Shown here: positions 26,119 to 35,445 of the stretch, in pieces
How the letters are laid out: every line of letters starts with the position of its first letter
Position numbering within the stretch: position 1 is the stretch's first letter
DNA from: Euryarchaeota archaeon UBA91
GTDB lineage: Archaea > Thermoplasmatota > Poseidoniia > Poseidoniales > Poseidoniaceae
NCBI GenBank assembly: GCA_002499705.1
Contig: DAMU01000056.1
Location: forward strand, 1-51,939
Reading direction: 5' to 3'
DNA: 51,939 nucleotides
The notes under the pieces: generated by a model
What the model was told of the DNA's origin: nothing
What the model saw: the letters and a program-made list of their open reading frames with translations, nothing else
Databases searched by the model: none
Position numbers and translations under genes: made by a program

Positions 26119-26751
26119 TTAACGCATTTCAAGCCAGGCAAAGAAGGACACGATTGGAAGAAGAATGAGAATCATTCGATTTATTTTTCTTTGTTGGTCG
26201 ACATATTTGACGGTCGGTTCTGGCGATACTTCGATAGATTTGGCGCTTCTTGAACGTCGAGATATACTGACTTTTTCTTCAATACGAGAAAGCACCTTGT
26301 TTCTTAATTCCGGCTGGCGGCTGTTGGCCATACCTTGACCGACAATAAATTTGACAGAATACTGGTCGGATAACGCTAATGCTGCATCTACAACGCCTAA
26401 GACATTGGTCAAATTATGCATATCGATGCGTATTGACATACCGTCGCTTTTGATATGACTTAAGACTCTCCAATTCCCCTGCCCTTCATTGAATTGATGC
26501 AATTTTTCACGAGCATGGGCGAGCGGTTGCTGGCCAAGAAACACCGGACGTCTGCGCCGAGCTAAAAATGGACCAAGTAGAATCGATCCAATCATGGGAG
26601 GTATACACATCAAAGACACGAGTCGCTTTAATTCACCTGGGTCGGTAAGCACTGAGATGACTGCTAAACTGAAGCCGAGATAGAGGCCCATGAATGCCCC
26701 TGCTTGAAGCCCGGTTGCTATCCCAACCGGCTCTCCTTCTTTGAGGCTCAT
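26119..26751 (-). CDS. Membrane protein with a divergent Smr-like domain
   Basis: Two N-terminal TM helices and one C-terminal TM helix. The central segment IRIDMHNLTNVLGVVDAALAL...VKFIVGQGMANSRQPELRNKVLSRIE loosely follows the Smr pattern (LDLHG...IIHGKG...L). The CDS itself is well supported; the Smr call is tentative. Confidence 0.4.
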   Translation of the reverse strand: MSLKEGEPVGIATGLQAGAFMGLYLGFSLAVISVLTDPGELKRLVSLMCIPPMIGSILLGPFLARRRRPVFLGQQPLAHAREKLHQFNEGQGNWRVLSHIKSDGMSIRIDMHNLTNVLGVVDAALALSDQYSVKFIVGQGMANSRQPELRNKVLSRIEEKVSISRRSRSAKSIEVSPEPTVKYVDQQRKINRMILILLPIVSFFAWLEMR

Positions 26752-26833
26752 GCTACCTCTAATCGGCCTTTACACATCAATACTCGCCTCAGGTAGAGCG
26801 AAACTTCATCAATTGTCTTTGCTTGCTAAAGAT

Positions 26834-27574
26834 ATGGAGAAGAACGGCTTGTCTAACCGCCGTCGAGAAAAAAAGGTTGGAAATTGGATTTTTGGAGTCT
26901 GCACCTTTTTTTTGGTTTCTTTCTTCCTCGTTCCTTTTCTTCTTCCAACTGGCAGTGTGCCTGAGTTGGACGCTCGAGCGAATGCGCTGGATTACGCTAC
27001 CGTAGATGGTGCTTTTTCAAATGGGAATTTGCCAGATGCGGCTGGAGGCATCCCCGAGCCTTTTGCATGGACTGAACTTGACCCATACAGTGGCTTCATC
27101 TACATGTTTGGCGACCTCAATTGCCATAATAAACACGAACGCAGTTGGCAGATTAATGAAAATCAAATGCCGGTATGTACTCGTGACATAGGTATCTTTT
27201 TCGGGCTTGCAATTGGTGGATTTGTTTTCTCTCGCTACGGTCACAATCGTTGGACAATCAAGGATTCTTGCCTTTCTTTGCTCCCTGATAAATGGCTTGA
27301 AACAATCTATAGAAAGAATTACAGGACGATGGCATGGTTGGGTTTTGGCACGCTTCTCTGCCTCCCAATGTTGATTGATGGCTTTACGCAACTTCTCACA
27401 GGCTATGAATCGAATAATCTTACTCGTCCGCTCACAGGCACTCCTTTTGGTATCGGTATTGCTATTCTCACTGGGGCTGCATTTTGCGCACGCCCACAGT
27501 TCTTTGAAAATGCCAGCCAAGTGATTTTACCAGCCAATGCTCGATTCGAACTTCAACAAGACCAGGAAGAGTAA
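26834..27574 (+). CDS. DUF2085-like integral membrane protein
   Basis: CHNKHERSWQINENQMPVCTRDIGIFFGL matches the DUF2085 core (CH..ERS....PvC.Rc.Giy.G). Multiple TM helices. The likely start is MEKNGLSN (26834); the ORF-track start at 26741 overlaps the divergent gene. Confidence 0.6.
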   Translation: MEKNGLSNRRREKKVGNWIFGVCTFFLVSFFLVPFLLPTGSVPELDARANALDYATVDGAFSNGNLPDAAGGIPEPFAWTELDPYSGFIYMFGDLNCHNKHERSWQINENQMPVCTRDIGIFFGLAIGGFVFSRYGHNRWTIKDSCLSLLPDKWLETIYRKNYRTMAWLGFGTLLCLPMLIDGFTQLLTGYESNNLTRPLTGTPFGIGIAILTGAAFCARPQFFENASQVILPANARFELQQDQEE

Positions 27575-28933
27575 TCAGTTGTTTGGAGGTGGTGTTTCCC
27601 ACCATGCTAACAATTCTTCAACAGTTGTAGGAACAGGGCACATTTCATGCCCGCTGCTCAGCATTTCAAGTCGCTTACAAATGTATTCAATTGCTTTCCG
27701 AATGCGCGGGCGTGGTGGTCTGCCGTCAATTGGAATAAGGATTGAGCGTAATGCGGTCGTCCAATCCGCATCAGGATTTGCTCTCCTCCATGAGGAAATT
27801 TGAGCACGCAGCGGCCACATTGCCAATGCTAAGCGACCGTAACCGAGACGACTGTCTCGAAGTTTGAACACTTGGGCTTCAGCGAAGGGAACATGAGATT
27901 GCTGTTTGTGAATCCACCGAGTCTTTTCCAGCCATTTAATGAGTCTCTGCGTGTGACGTTGTGTCACCATTCTATGCGGACCAAACGCCTTGTGCAATCG
28001 GGGAACTTCACTTGATCCGACAATTAACGAAAGCGTGCCTAATACCGACCAACATGAGTGAGCATGAGGGGTTGCAGGCACATCGTTGGGCCCTGCATTT
28101 TCTGAATCCCATTTTGATTCAGCAAACTCCATCCATTGCGCAGGAGAACGGCCAGATAACCAACCGATGTGAATCGCAGTTCTGTCTTGGGGCGCACCAG
28201 GAAGGCGTTGTTGCTTTTTGACATCCATGACCAATGTTCGAAGCAAATAGCGGTCTACTTCATCCGCTTCTACGTTTAATGGGGCGGGTTTACGATTGAA
28301 AAAGGCTCGAAGTTCGGCTCTGAGTTTTTTCTTGAGTTCATCCAATCCGCCTTCATTCAAAATGGGGCCTACTACACAACATTTGTCGAACGGGGCAGGA
28401 GCTTTTACATCGCCTGAAAGTAAGTCAATGAATCCTTTCCGAATGGTTTTTTGAATTTCAGCAGTTTCGAAATATTCCTGTTTTTCGCTGTTCATTCGCA
28501 AGGTGCCCGATTGGATTCGCTTCATCGCTTTATCTGGGTCACAATCAATCCACAATACCAAATCGGGAATCATAGCTGCAGCATTCATTTTGGCAACATG
28601 TTCGACGCCTAAGTTTCCAACTATGCCTTGATAGATCAATGAGGAGTGAATGTTTCTATCGGATATGACAATATGTCCTTTCTGTAACAGTGGTCGAATC
28701 CAAGTGTGTGAATGGTCAAGGCGATCTGCAGCAAAGAGTCCTGCTTCTTCAAGAGGCGTTTTATTTCCCAATTTCACTGAAGTAAGTGCCAACTTACCAA
28801 GTTCACTGTGTCGCCTTGGTTCGTGTGTAGCATGAACTTCTGGAAATGGATATTCTGCTGCTAATTCCAGTAAAATGCGAGCAGCCTCGCCCTTGCCAGA
28901 CCCATCTCCTCCCTCAACTGTGATGAGGTACAT
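27575..28933 (-). CDS. tmk: Thymidylate kinase fused to an uncharacterised C-terminal domain of about 240 aa
   Basis: P-loop ITVEGGDGSGKG. DR motif ISDRNIHSSLIYQG. Lid-like region and LVLWIDCDPDKAMKR, all in the first ~200 aa. The remainder is a Trp/Arg/His-rich sequence with no motif I recognise. The start codon abuts the stop of the upstream gene. Confidence 0.7.
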   Translation of the reverse strand: MYLITVEGGDGSGKGEAARILLELAAEYPFPEVHATHEPRRHSELGKLALTSVKLGNKTPLEEAGLFAADRLDHSHTWIRPLLQKGHIVISDRNIHSSLIYQGIVGNLGVEHVAKMNAAAMIPDLVLWIDCDPDKAMKRIQSGTLRMNSEKQEYFETAEIQKTIRKGFIDLLSGDVKAPAPFDKCCVVGPILNEGGLDELKKKLRAELRAFFNRKPAPLNVEADEVDRYLLRTLVMDVKKQQRLPGAPQDRTAIHIGWLSGRSPAQWMEFAESKWDSENAGPNDVPATPHAHSCWSVLGTLSLIVGSSEVPRLHKAFGPHRMVTQRHTQRLIKWLEKTRWIHKQQSHVPFAEAQVFKLRDSRLGYGRLALAMWPLRAQISSWRRANPDADWTTALRSILIPIDGRPPRPRIRKAIEYICKRLEMLSSGHEMCPVPTTVEELLAWWETPPPNN

Positions 28934-29821
28934 TCAATCACCGCCAACATCACTAAATTGGTCCTTAGAAATAACCAAAAAGATCATTCCAACAAGAATC
29001 AAAAAAGGTCCGAAAATTATCAAGCCACGGCTAAATAAGGCAATTCCGGCTAAATATTGCGTTCTCCGATAGTACTTTGCTCGGCGAACTTCGACAGCCG
29101 CTTGAAAACCGACTAATGCAGTCAAAACGGTGAAGACACCTACTGCAGTTGACAGACCGACTGCTAATCCCAGATCCCAGCCTTCGTCTTCAACCACTCC
29201 TTCCTCGACTCGAAGTCCCTCTCCCGGCGTCATTGTAACAGGTTTAATCCCTGCTTCTTCTGGCATAAAATCACGTTCCACAGTGATATATCCATCCGCT
29301 TCAACGTGTAATGTCATAACCGTTGAAAGGATATTTTCAAATCTAAAATAGCCGTTTTCATCCGTAGCCATTTCTGCAATGATTTCATCGGTATCAACAT
29401 TGAGTAATTGGACGGTGACGTTTTCTACGCCATTCCCATCTTCGGCTTCTAATGCTATACCGGTGACATCGACTCTGTCGGCTCTTTCAAAGAGTGCAGA
29501 AGACAGTAGGTCGTCAGGGTTGCCGTTGAGAATAAGTGCGCCTGATGCCATGCCTAAGATACTGCCAATCAATATGAGAGAAGCTGCTAAGGTAAGAATT
29601 CTGGATTTGTCAGATTGGTCCAGTTCATCAATTTTAGCCTGAAATCGGACCGTTGCTTTTTCAACCGCTTCATCCAATTCATGAGCCTCGACTACCAATT
29701 CTTCCTCAGCGGCTTTTTGACGAATTGCTTTTTCATTTCCTGAATGTTCAAGTTTGGATTGAACACGAGCGCGAAGGGCTACGAGGCGGTCATCCAATTC
29801 TTCATCGTCCATCACTCCCAC
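28934..29821 (-). CDS. Membrane protein with a carboxypeptidase-regulatory-like (Ig-like) domain
   Basis: N-terminal coiled coil, then a TM helix. VTVQLLNVDTDEIIAEMATDENGYFRFENI is typical of the CarboxypepD_reg fold. Several C-terminal TM helices follow. Confidence 0.5.
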   Translation of the reverse strand: MGVMDDEELDDRLVALRARVQSKLEHSGNEKAIRQKAAEEELVVEAHELDEAVEKATVRFQAKIDELDQSDKSRILTLAASLILIGSILGMASGALILNGNPDDLLSSALFERADRVDVTGIALEAEDGNGVENVTVQLLNVDTDEIIAEMATDENGYFRFENILSTVMTLHVEADGYITVERDFMPEEAGIKPVTMTPGEGLRVEEGVVEDEGWDLGLAVGLSTAVGVFTVLTALVGFQAAVEVRRAKYYRRTQYLAGIALFSRGLIIFGPFLILVGMIFLVISKDQFSDVGGD

Positions 29822-29889
29822 CTCCGCTTATCTTAGGTCAATAGATGCGCGGATAATACCCTTCCCTTTCCGTGCCGCGCAACACTGTA

Positions 29890-31107
29890 TTAGGATTTCT
29901 TTCGAATATTCCAACCAAGGAAGGCCATGAACAGGAGTAAAGTTCCGATTGAAAGGGCTGCCATAAGCATCAAAACTGGATAGGATTGGCTTTCAATTGT
30001 CTCCGTTTCTTCGACCTCCTCCTCAGATGTATTGACTGGCTCAATTTGCTCTACTACGCTAATGTTGGTGGCCAACCATGCACCGCTTCTCAAGCCCAGT
30101 TCTACCATTCTGCCAACCGTTTCAAGCGATTCAGCACTGACCTTGTCAGGTGTGTCTTCATGTGTATGCCAATAGCCGCCGAATGCCTGAGCTCCCGGCC
30201 CAAACCGAATGTCGATGAGGTCAATTGCTCGTATTCCTATGTTTAGTGCAGGAACATGATCATCAAAGACGCCGATTGAGGTATTTTGGTCGAAAATCTT
30301 CACGCCCATTCCTCCGTTGCAATCTGTTTGATTTTCTACCATGCCAAGCGCTTCAGCAAGTGGAGGAATTGTGCTCCATAAAGCGCCATTACCTGGCCAA
30401 ATGTGTGTGAGTTGTAAGTCAGCATCTCCAATCATGTCCAGCACGATGAATGCTGCAGTGCGGTTAATGTCGTGCTGGGTTTGCTCTTCTGCCCATTTCT
30501 CAGCGCCAAAAAAACGGTGAGGTGTGTAATTTTGGTCTTCAGCATCGGTGAAAAGCAGTTCGACTTCATATTCCAGTTCCATCGGTGGTATAATTCGTGC
30601 CAATTCGAGTAATGCAGCAGCACCACTTGCCCCGTCATTAGCCCCAACAATCGGTTCATTGGTGCGATTCTCATCGCTGTCCCGTTCCGCAACATTCCGA
30701 GTGTCATAATGGGCAACTAAAACAATGCGAGGCGTATCGTTATCTGCGCCATCGGGTTCTAATACGGCTTCAACATTGGTGAAGGTTAAGTCGTCAACGG
30801 TATATTCGTGCATGCTCACATTCCACAGAGTCAGGTTTTCTTCAACGGAATTTCGGAACGTTTCAGAAGCATTTGTGCCGGGGACTCGCGGACCAAGACT
30901 TGTTTGCCAATGAACAGATTCGTTGGCTAAGGTGCCATTGAATTCAAGTTGATCTACATAATCACATATTTCGACGGGCTCGTACGGTGATTCAACTGCG
31001 TGAACGGGTTGTAAAATCGAGGTGCTGAGAGAGCAAAGCAGCAACATGAGAGCAACAATGGCGAACCTTTTCGGGGTCCGCAAATCACCTCCATCCTGCA
31101 TGAGCAT
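29890..31107 (-). CDS. Secreted, C-terminally anchored M28 family aminopeptidase
   Basis: Signal peptide FAIVALMLLLCSLSTSILQPVHA. M28 motifs VAHYDTR, GANDGASGAAALLELAR, LLFTDAEDQ and HTHEDT. C-terminal TM helix followed by a basic tail. Confidence 0.8.
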   Translation of the reverse strand: MLMQDGGDLRTPKRFAIVALMLLLCSLSTSILQPVHAVESPYEPVEICDYVDQLEFNGTLANESVHWQTSLGPRVPGTNASETFRNSVEENLTLWNVSMHEYTVDDLTFTNVEAVLEPDGADNDTPRIVLVAHYDTRNVAERDSDENRTNEPIVGANDGASGAAALLELARIIPPMELEYEVELLFTDAEDQNYTPHRFFGAEKWAEEQTQHDINRTAAFIVLDMIGDADLQLTHIWPGNGALWSTIPPLAEALGMVENQTDCNGGMGVKIFDQNTSIGVFDDHVPALNIGIRAIDLIDIRFGPGAQAFGGYWHTHEDTPDKVSAESLETVGRMVELGLRSGAWLATNISVVEQIEPVNTSEEEVEETETIESQSYPVLMLMAALSIGTLLLFMAFLGWNIRKKS

Positions 31108-31137
31108 GTATGAAGCCTCATAGACCCACTCTTAAAT

Positions 31138-31187
31138 ACCTCATTTCAAGTCGTGTAGATGTTAGCAGTCTTGCGAATAAATGAGGT
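31138..31187. promoter_or_regulatory. Inverted repeat ACCTCATTT / AAATGAGGT in a divergent promoter region; the right arm covers the SD of the 31195 gene
   Basis: 9-bp perfect arms at 31138-31146 and 31179-31187, extendable to 11 pairs with one G-U, separated by a 32-nt spacer. The right arm contains GAGGTG 6 nt upstream of the ATG at 31195. The left arm overlaps the TATA-like TTAAATA about 25-30 nt from the M28 peptidase ATG on the other strand. Confidence 0.4.
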
Positions 31188-31194
31188 GTCATAA

Positions 31195-34100
31195 ATGTCG
31201 GAACTACGCTCCAATACCGCTTTGCTGTTGGTAACACTTCTTTTTGTCTCTGGAATATCACCTCTTTTACTTACAGTGGGGGCTGAATCTGAGGAGGCAA
31301 ACGAGGTGCTGCCCTACAGTGCCGGTGGCGTTGTGATTGGAGACATCGCCGATTTTGAAATTGAGATGGGTCATCAATATTTGATGATTGAAGAAGAACA
31401 GCCTGTAGTTTCGGCGTTCTCTTTCCTCAAACAAGAGTGGATTGATGCTGGTCGGCCCGGAATTGAAGACATGGCTTACGAGCCTCAAACATCCGCACGT
31501 TCCTCTGCAAGAGCATGCAATCCCCATGTAGTCAACGACCAGCTTACTGTTCCTACTTCCGGCGGTTCTGTTGACACCTATGTGGCCAAAACCACAACAA
31601 CTGTGGCGTTCTTAGTCCAATCCGGCCGAACTTTGAGTTCAACGGTCCTGAATAACCTCGCATCTTCATGGGATCAAACCATTTATCCTACAATGACCAC
31701 CTACTACGGTAAAGATTACCAAGACGGACGAGGTTTAGCGCCTCCAGATGTCGATAACAATTGTCAAGTTCAGATTGTCATTTATGACATCGATGGTGCT
31801 TACAATATCGGTGGATACTTCGCACCTTCAATGTCAAATTCACGTGAAGCAGTGTTCGTTGACTTTGCAGATGTTACCTTGAGTTGGGGTAAATCCATTC
31901 TTGCTCACGAATTGGAACACTTGTTACACAACGCCCAAGACCCTTATGAAAACCTCTGGATTGATGAAGGGAATGCCGATGTAGCCATTTTCCTCTGTTT
32001 TGGAGCAGATTCAACTCTTGTGAGCCACTTGAATCAGTGGACACAAGCATCAGAACTCTCGGTCCGTTGGTGGAACCAACGCTTTGCAGACTACGGTGCT
32101 GGCTTCATCTTCACGATGTATTTGGCTGACCACCTTGGCGGTGGACCTGCAGTTCGGCAATTGGTGCAAGACTCCGCTACTGGCGGTTTGGGTGTTGAGA
32201 ACTTAGCACGCTCTCCCGTGAGCGGTCAAAGCGGTATGCTTGGTCGAACCATGGGTGAAATCTTTGCGAACTTTTCGATTGCAGCAGTGCTTGATTCATC
32301 CCAAGGAATCTACGGGTTCTCAAATCTTGATTTAACCTCAACGTGTTCTTCCAATTCGTTCTGCCGTGTTCAACCGGCTGATACCAACAGCAACTGGGCA
32401 GGACCATGGTCTTCGACTGGACATTCGGTTGAAGGTTGGGGTATTCGTGCATTCAAATTCACCCCCGGAACCTCTTCTCCAGCGCCTTTGACGATGCGTT
32501 TGACTGCTGATGTCAGCCAATTTGACGGTGTTGTCGTATCTCAGGCAACTGCCGATGGTTTGTGGACGGCAACGGACTTAGACTTCCAAAACAACGTTGC
32601 TACGGCACTTATTCCCGGCTTTGGAAATTTGACCGATGAGGTTTGGGCGATTACTTGGTATGCCAGTACCGTTGCTGATTGCGATTACACCTCGTGTGGC
32701 CCCTCGTATCCACAAGGTACTGTTGACATTGAAGCCGCTCGTATCACTTCCCCGGCCACTCTGACGCTCAACACTACCGCCTTGAGCGATCGTGATGGTG
32801 ACGGCTCCCCTGATACCGTCCAGATCAATTATGAAGTCTTCTCAAATGCGTTCTTTGAAGACCTCGACGTCACAACAAAAGTTCTCGATAACAGTGGAAC
32901 AGTTGTTGATACAGTGACCAAGAGGGTATCTGCAGGCGGAGGTGTTGCTACAGAAGAAAGCATCTGGTTTACGGCTCCTTACAATTCTCAATACTCATTC
33001 CAAATGGAAATGAAAGACATGATTGGAACCACTGTTGATACGCTTTCTTCTTCTCCTCAAATTCTCAACAACATGAAGCCAACTGCGAATGGCACACTTT
33101 CACCAAACGAATCCCAGACTTGGGAAAACATTCAGTTTAGCGGCGATGGCTTTGACGCATGGGGACTTTCCTTTGACAACAATTCCTTGCCTTATCTGGA
33201 TGCACCAGTTGCCTATGCTTGGGATTTCGGAGATTCGACCACATCCGGTTTGAAATCGCCATTCCGTTCCTATCAATCAATAGGTCTCTACAATGCAACA
33301 CTTCGAGTTCAAGACCAGGGAGGTTCTTGGTCCGATGTCGACGTTCTCGAATTGAACATCACCGATTCCACTCCACCGATTCCTCTCATTACGGTAAACG
33401 GCGTATTGATTGAAGAAGAAATATCAATCCTTACGAATCAGATGATTTTATTTTCAGCCTCACTCACGGTTGATAACGTCCCAACACAGAACTTGTCCTT
33501 CCAGTGGAACTGGGGAGACGGCGTTACTGATGGCGGAATTGGCATGTTTGAGGCCCCTCACGAGTGGGGCGATATCAACGGAATTAACGAAACATATAAT
33601 CTCACTCTGACCGTATCTGATGGCAATAACATCGGCGTCAAAAATATCCTTGTTTACGTCAACAACCGTGTACCTTACCAGATCTACTCTGAACAGTTGT
33701 CTACTGATACGTATACATCGATTGTAATGCCAGATGTGTTCAAGGATTCAGACGGTAGCATCGTCTCTTATGCGTGGTTCTTCCCCGATGGAGTGAACCT
33801 TGATGGTGGAGTTACTGACCGTGATGATGAGTTCACACTCACCAGTTCAAACGACCCGAATCCCATGCCTTCATGGGACACTCCAGGCTTGAAAACTGCT
33901 GAATTGACCGTCATGGATGACGACGGAAGTTCGGCTAATGCCGTCTTGTCTATTTTGGTAATGAACCAAATTCCTGTCGCTGATTTCATTGTCAAAACCA
34001 CGACATCAGGCACCTCGATAATTGATTTCCGTGTCGAAGATGGGCAAGTTGAAACACCTTACACATTCGATGGTCGGGATTCGTTTGACCCCGATGGAAC

Positions 34101-35397
34101 CGTTGGAGATTCCAGTGACTTAACCTACAATTGGAGTTTCTCAGATGATGGAACATTTGGCGCCAGCCCTCAAGTGACACATTCCTTCTCACAACCTGGT
34201 GTGCATACCGTCATGTTGGTTGTTACCGATGCAGAAGGGGCGCAAAGTATTGCTCGTGTCCTCACCGTCGAAATTGCCAATCCTTTGCCAATCATCGCGG
34301 TTCAAATTCTCGATGCATGGTATAATGACGAACAAATGACCGATTCAAGCGTCCTTCCTGAGGTAACAAACTTAGATTGGTCAAGAACTTTCAATGAAGA
34401 GGGCGATACCTTTGCAGCGCCTCATTCACTGTTGTATTTTGATTCTGATGGAACCCGAGACGGCGACCAGTCTTTTGAAGGCAAATATGTCCCCTTAGAC
34501 GTTAATTCTCCAGAATGGAACGGTTTGGTTCAATACACGTGGGATTTCGGAGACGGATCTCCTTTGGAACACCAAGCAACCCCTTGGCACTCCTATTCTC
34601 TGCCCGGAGAATACACCGTTTCACTCACAGTCCGAGATGCCTTTGGCACCGGTGATGTGTCTCGTGCCTACTTTACCGTGGTCATTGATCATCCACCGAT
34701 TATTCACAACATCTTTGTCCCAGACGAAATTATTGTCTCAGATTCCAACTCATTCCTTGCGAATTTCTCTGATATTGAAGCCGACTTAGCCATTGCAGTC
34801 TATCGTGATACGAACATCAACGACGGTTCTATATCAGACCGAGATGAAACACTCAGCCCTGACCTTCAAATTCGATGGGACTTAGATATCGAAGTCGATG
34901 CTGATAACAACGGCGACCCTGCAGATGATTGGGTGGAACCACTCCCTGGCTCAGTTTCACGAATTACCGGAAGCTGGAGTGAAGTAGGAACATACACGAT
35001 TCGTTTAGAAATATGCGACAGTGTAGGGATTTGTGACTCAATGGATGAAGAAATTGATGTAAGCCCAGAACCCTCTGCACCTCCATCCCTTTCTGACTTC
35101 AGTGTTGATGATTGGAAAAGTTGGCTCGCAGATGCTGGTTCTGACCTTGCAACATTTGTCGCTTTGATTGCTGTTGCTTTGATTCTGGGATGGTTGGTTA
35201 TGCGAGAACCATCGGAACTCGAGGATGAAGCAAAACAAGCTGCTGAAACCTATACCGATGTAGAACATGTCGAGGACCAAGGAGGCTTACTTGGTATGGA
35301 TCACCATGCTCCGCCTCCCGCACCTGGTATCTTATCGAAAGATGAACGTAGAAGCGACGACAGTGGTTACATTCGACCTCTTCGTCGTAGAAGTTAA
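31195..35397 (+). CDS. Giant (1400 aa) cell-surface gluzincin metalloprotease with multiple PKD domains and a C-terminal membrane anchor
   Basis: Signal peptide. HELEH (31906-31920) followed by WIDEGNAD (HExxH-x-E gluzincin arrangement). At least five PKD-like modules: WDFGDSTTS, WNWGDGVTDG, WFFPDGV, YNWSFSDDGTF...HTVMLVVTDAEG and YTWDFGDGSP...YTVSLTVRDAFG. C-terminal TM helix LATFVALIAVALILGWLVM plus a cytoplasmic tail. Confidence 0.8.
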   Translation: MSELRSNTALLLVTLLFVSGISPLLLTVGAESEEANEVLPYSAGGVVIGDIADFEIEMGHQYLMIEEEQPVVSAFSFLKQEWIDAGRPGIEDMAYEPQTSARSSARACNPHVVNDQLTVPTSGGSVDTYVAKTTTTVAFLVQSGRTLSSTVLNNLASSWDQTIYPTMTTYYGKDYQDGRGLAPPDVDNNCQVQIVIYDIDGAYNIGGYFAPSMSNSREAVFVDFADVTLSWGKSILAHELEHLLHNAQDPYENLWIDEGNADVAIFLCFGADSTLVSHLNQWTQASELSVRWWNQRFADYGAGFIFTMYLADHLGGGPAVRQLVQDSATGGLGVENLARSPVSGQSGMLGRTMGEIFANFSIAAVLDSSQGIYGFSNLDLTSTCSSNSFCRVQPADTNSNWAGPWSSTGHSVEGWGIRAFKFTPGTSSPAPLTMRLTADVSQFDGVVVSQATADGLWTATDLDFQNNVATALIPGFGNLTDEVWAITWYASTVADCDYTSCGPSYPQGTVDIEAARITSPATLTLNTTALSDRDGDGSPDTVQINYEVFSNAFFEDLDVTTKVLDNSGTVVDTVTKRVSAGGGVATEESIWFTAPYNSQYSFQMEMKDMIGTTVDTLSSSPQILNNMKPTANGTLSPNESQTWENIQFSGDGFDAWGLSFDNNSLPYLDAPVAYAWDFGDSTTSGLKSPFRSYQSIGLYNATLRVQDQGGSWSDVDVLELNITDSTPPIPLITVNGVLIEEEISILTNQMILFSASLTVDNVPTQNLSFQWNWGDGVTDGGIGMFEAPHEWGDINGINETYNLTLTVSDGNNIGVKNILVYVNNRVPYQIYSEQLSTDTYTSIVMPDVFKDSDGSIVSYAWFFPDGVNLDGGVTDRDDEFTLTSSNDPNPMPSWDTPGLKTAELTVMDDDGSSANAVLSILVMNQIPVADFIVKTTTSGTSIIDFRVEDGQVETPYTFDGRDSFDPDGTVGDSSDLTYNWSFSDDGTFGASPQVTHSFSQPGVHTVMLVVTDAEGAQSIARVLTVEIANPLPIIAVQILDAWYNDEQMTDSSVLPEVTNLDWSRTFNEEGDTFAAPHSLLYFDSDGTRDGDQSFEGKYVPLDVNSPEWNGLVQYTWDFGDGSPLEHQATPWHSYSLPGEYTVSLTVRDAFGTGDVSRAYFTVVIDHPPIIHNIFVPDEIIVSDSNSFLANFSDIEADLAIAVYRDTNINDGSISDRDETLSPDLQIRWDLDIEVDADNNGDPADDWVEPLPGSVSRITGSWSEVGTYTIRLEICDSVGICDSMDEEIDVSPEPSAPPSLSDFSVDDWKSWLADAGSDLATFVALIAVALILGWLVMREPSELEDEAKQAAETYTDVEHVEDQGGLLGMDHHAPPPAPGILSKDERRSDDSGYIRPLRRRS

Positions 35398-35445
35398 CCG
35401 TTAGTTTGTATAACCTCCTTTCCTAACCTTACACGAGGAGAGCAC

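Noticed and set aside
27017-27520. 167-aa ORF antisense to the DUF2085 gene
   Set aside because: It lies opposite a membrane-protein gene with a clear family motif. Its translation is Cys/Lys/Arg-rich with no features, so it is treated as a shadow ORF.
33150-34700. Tandem DNA repeat or CRISPR-like periodicity in the giant surface-protein gene
   Set aside because: The periodicity is at the protein-domain level (diverged PKD modules). The nucleotide sequences are not repeated, and there is no repeat-spacer architecture.
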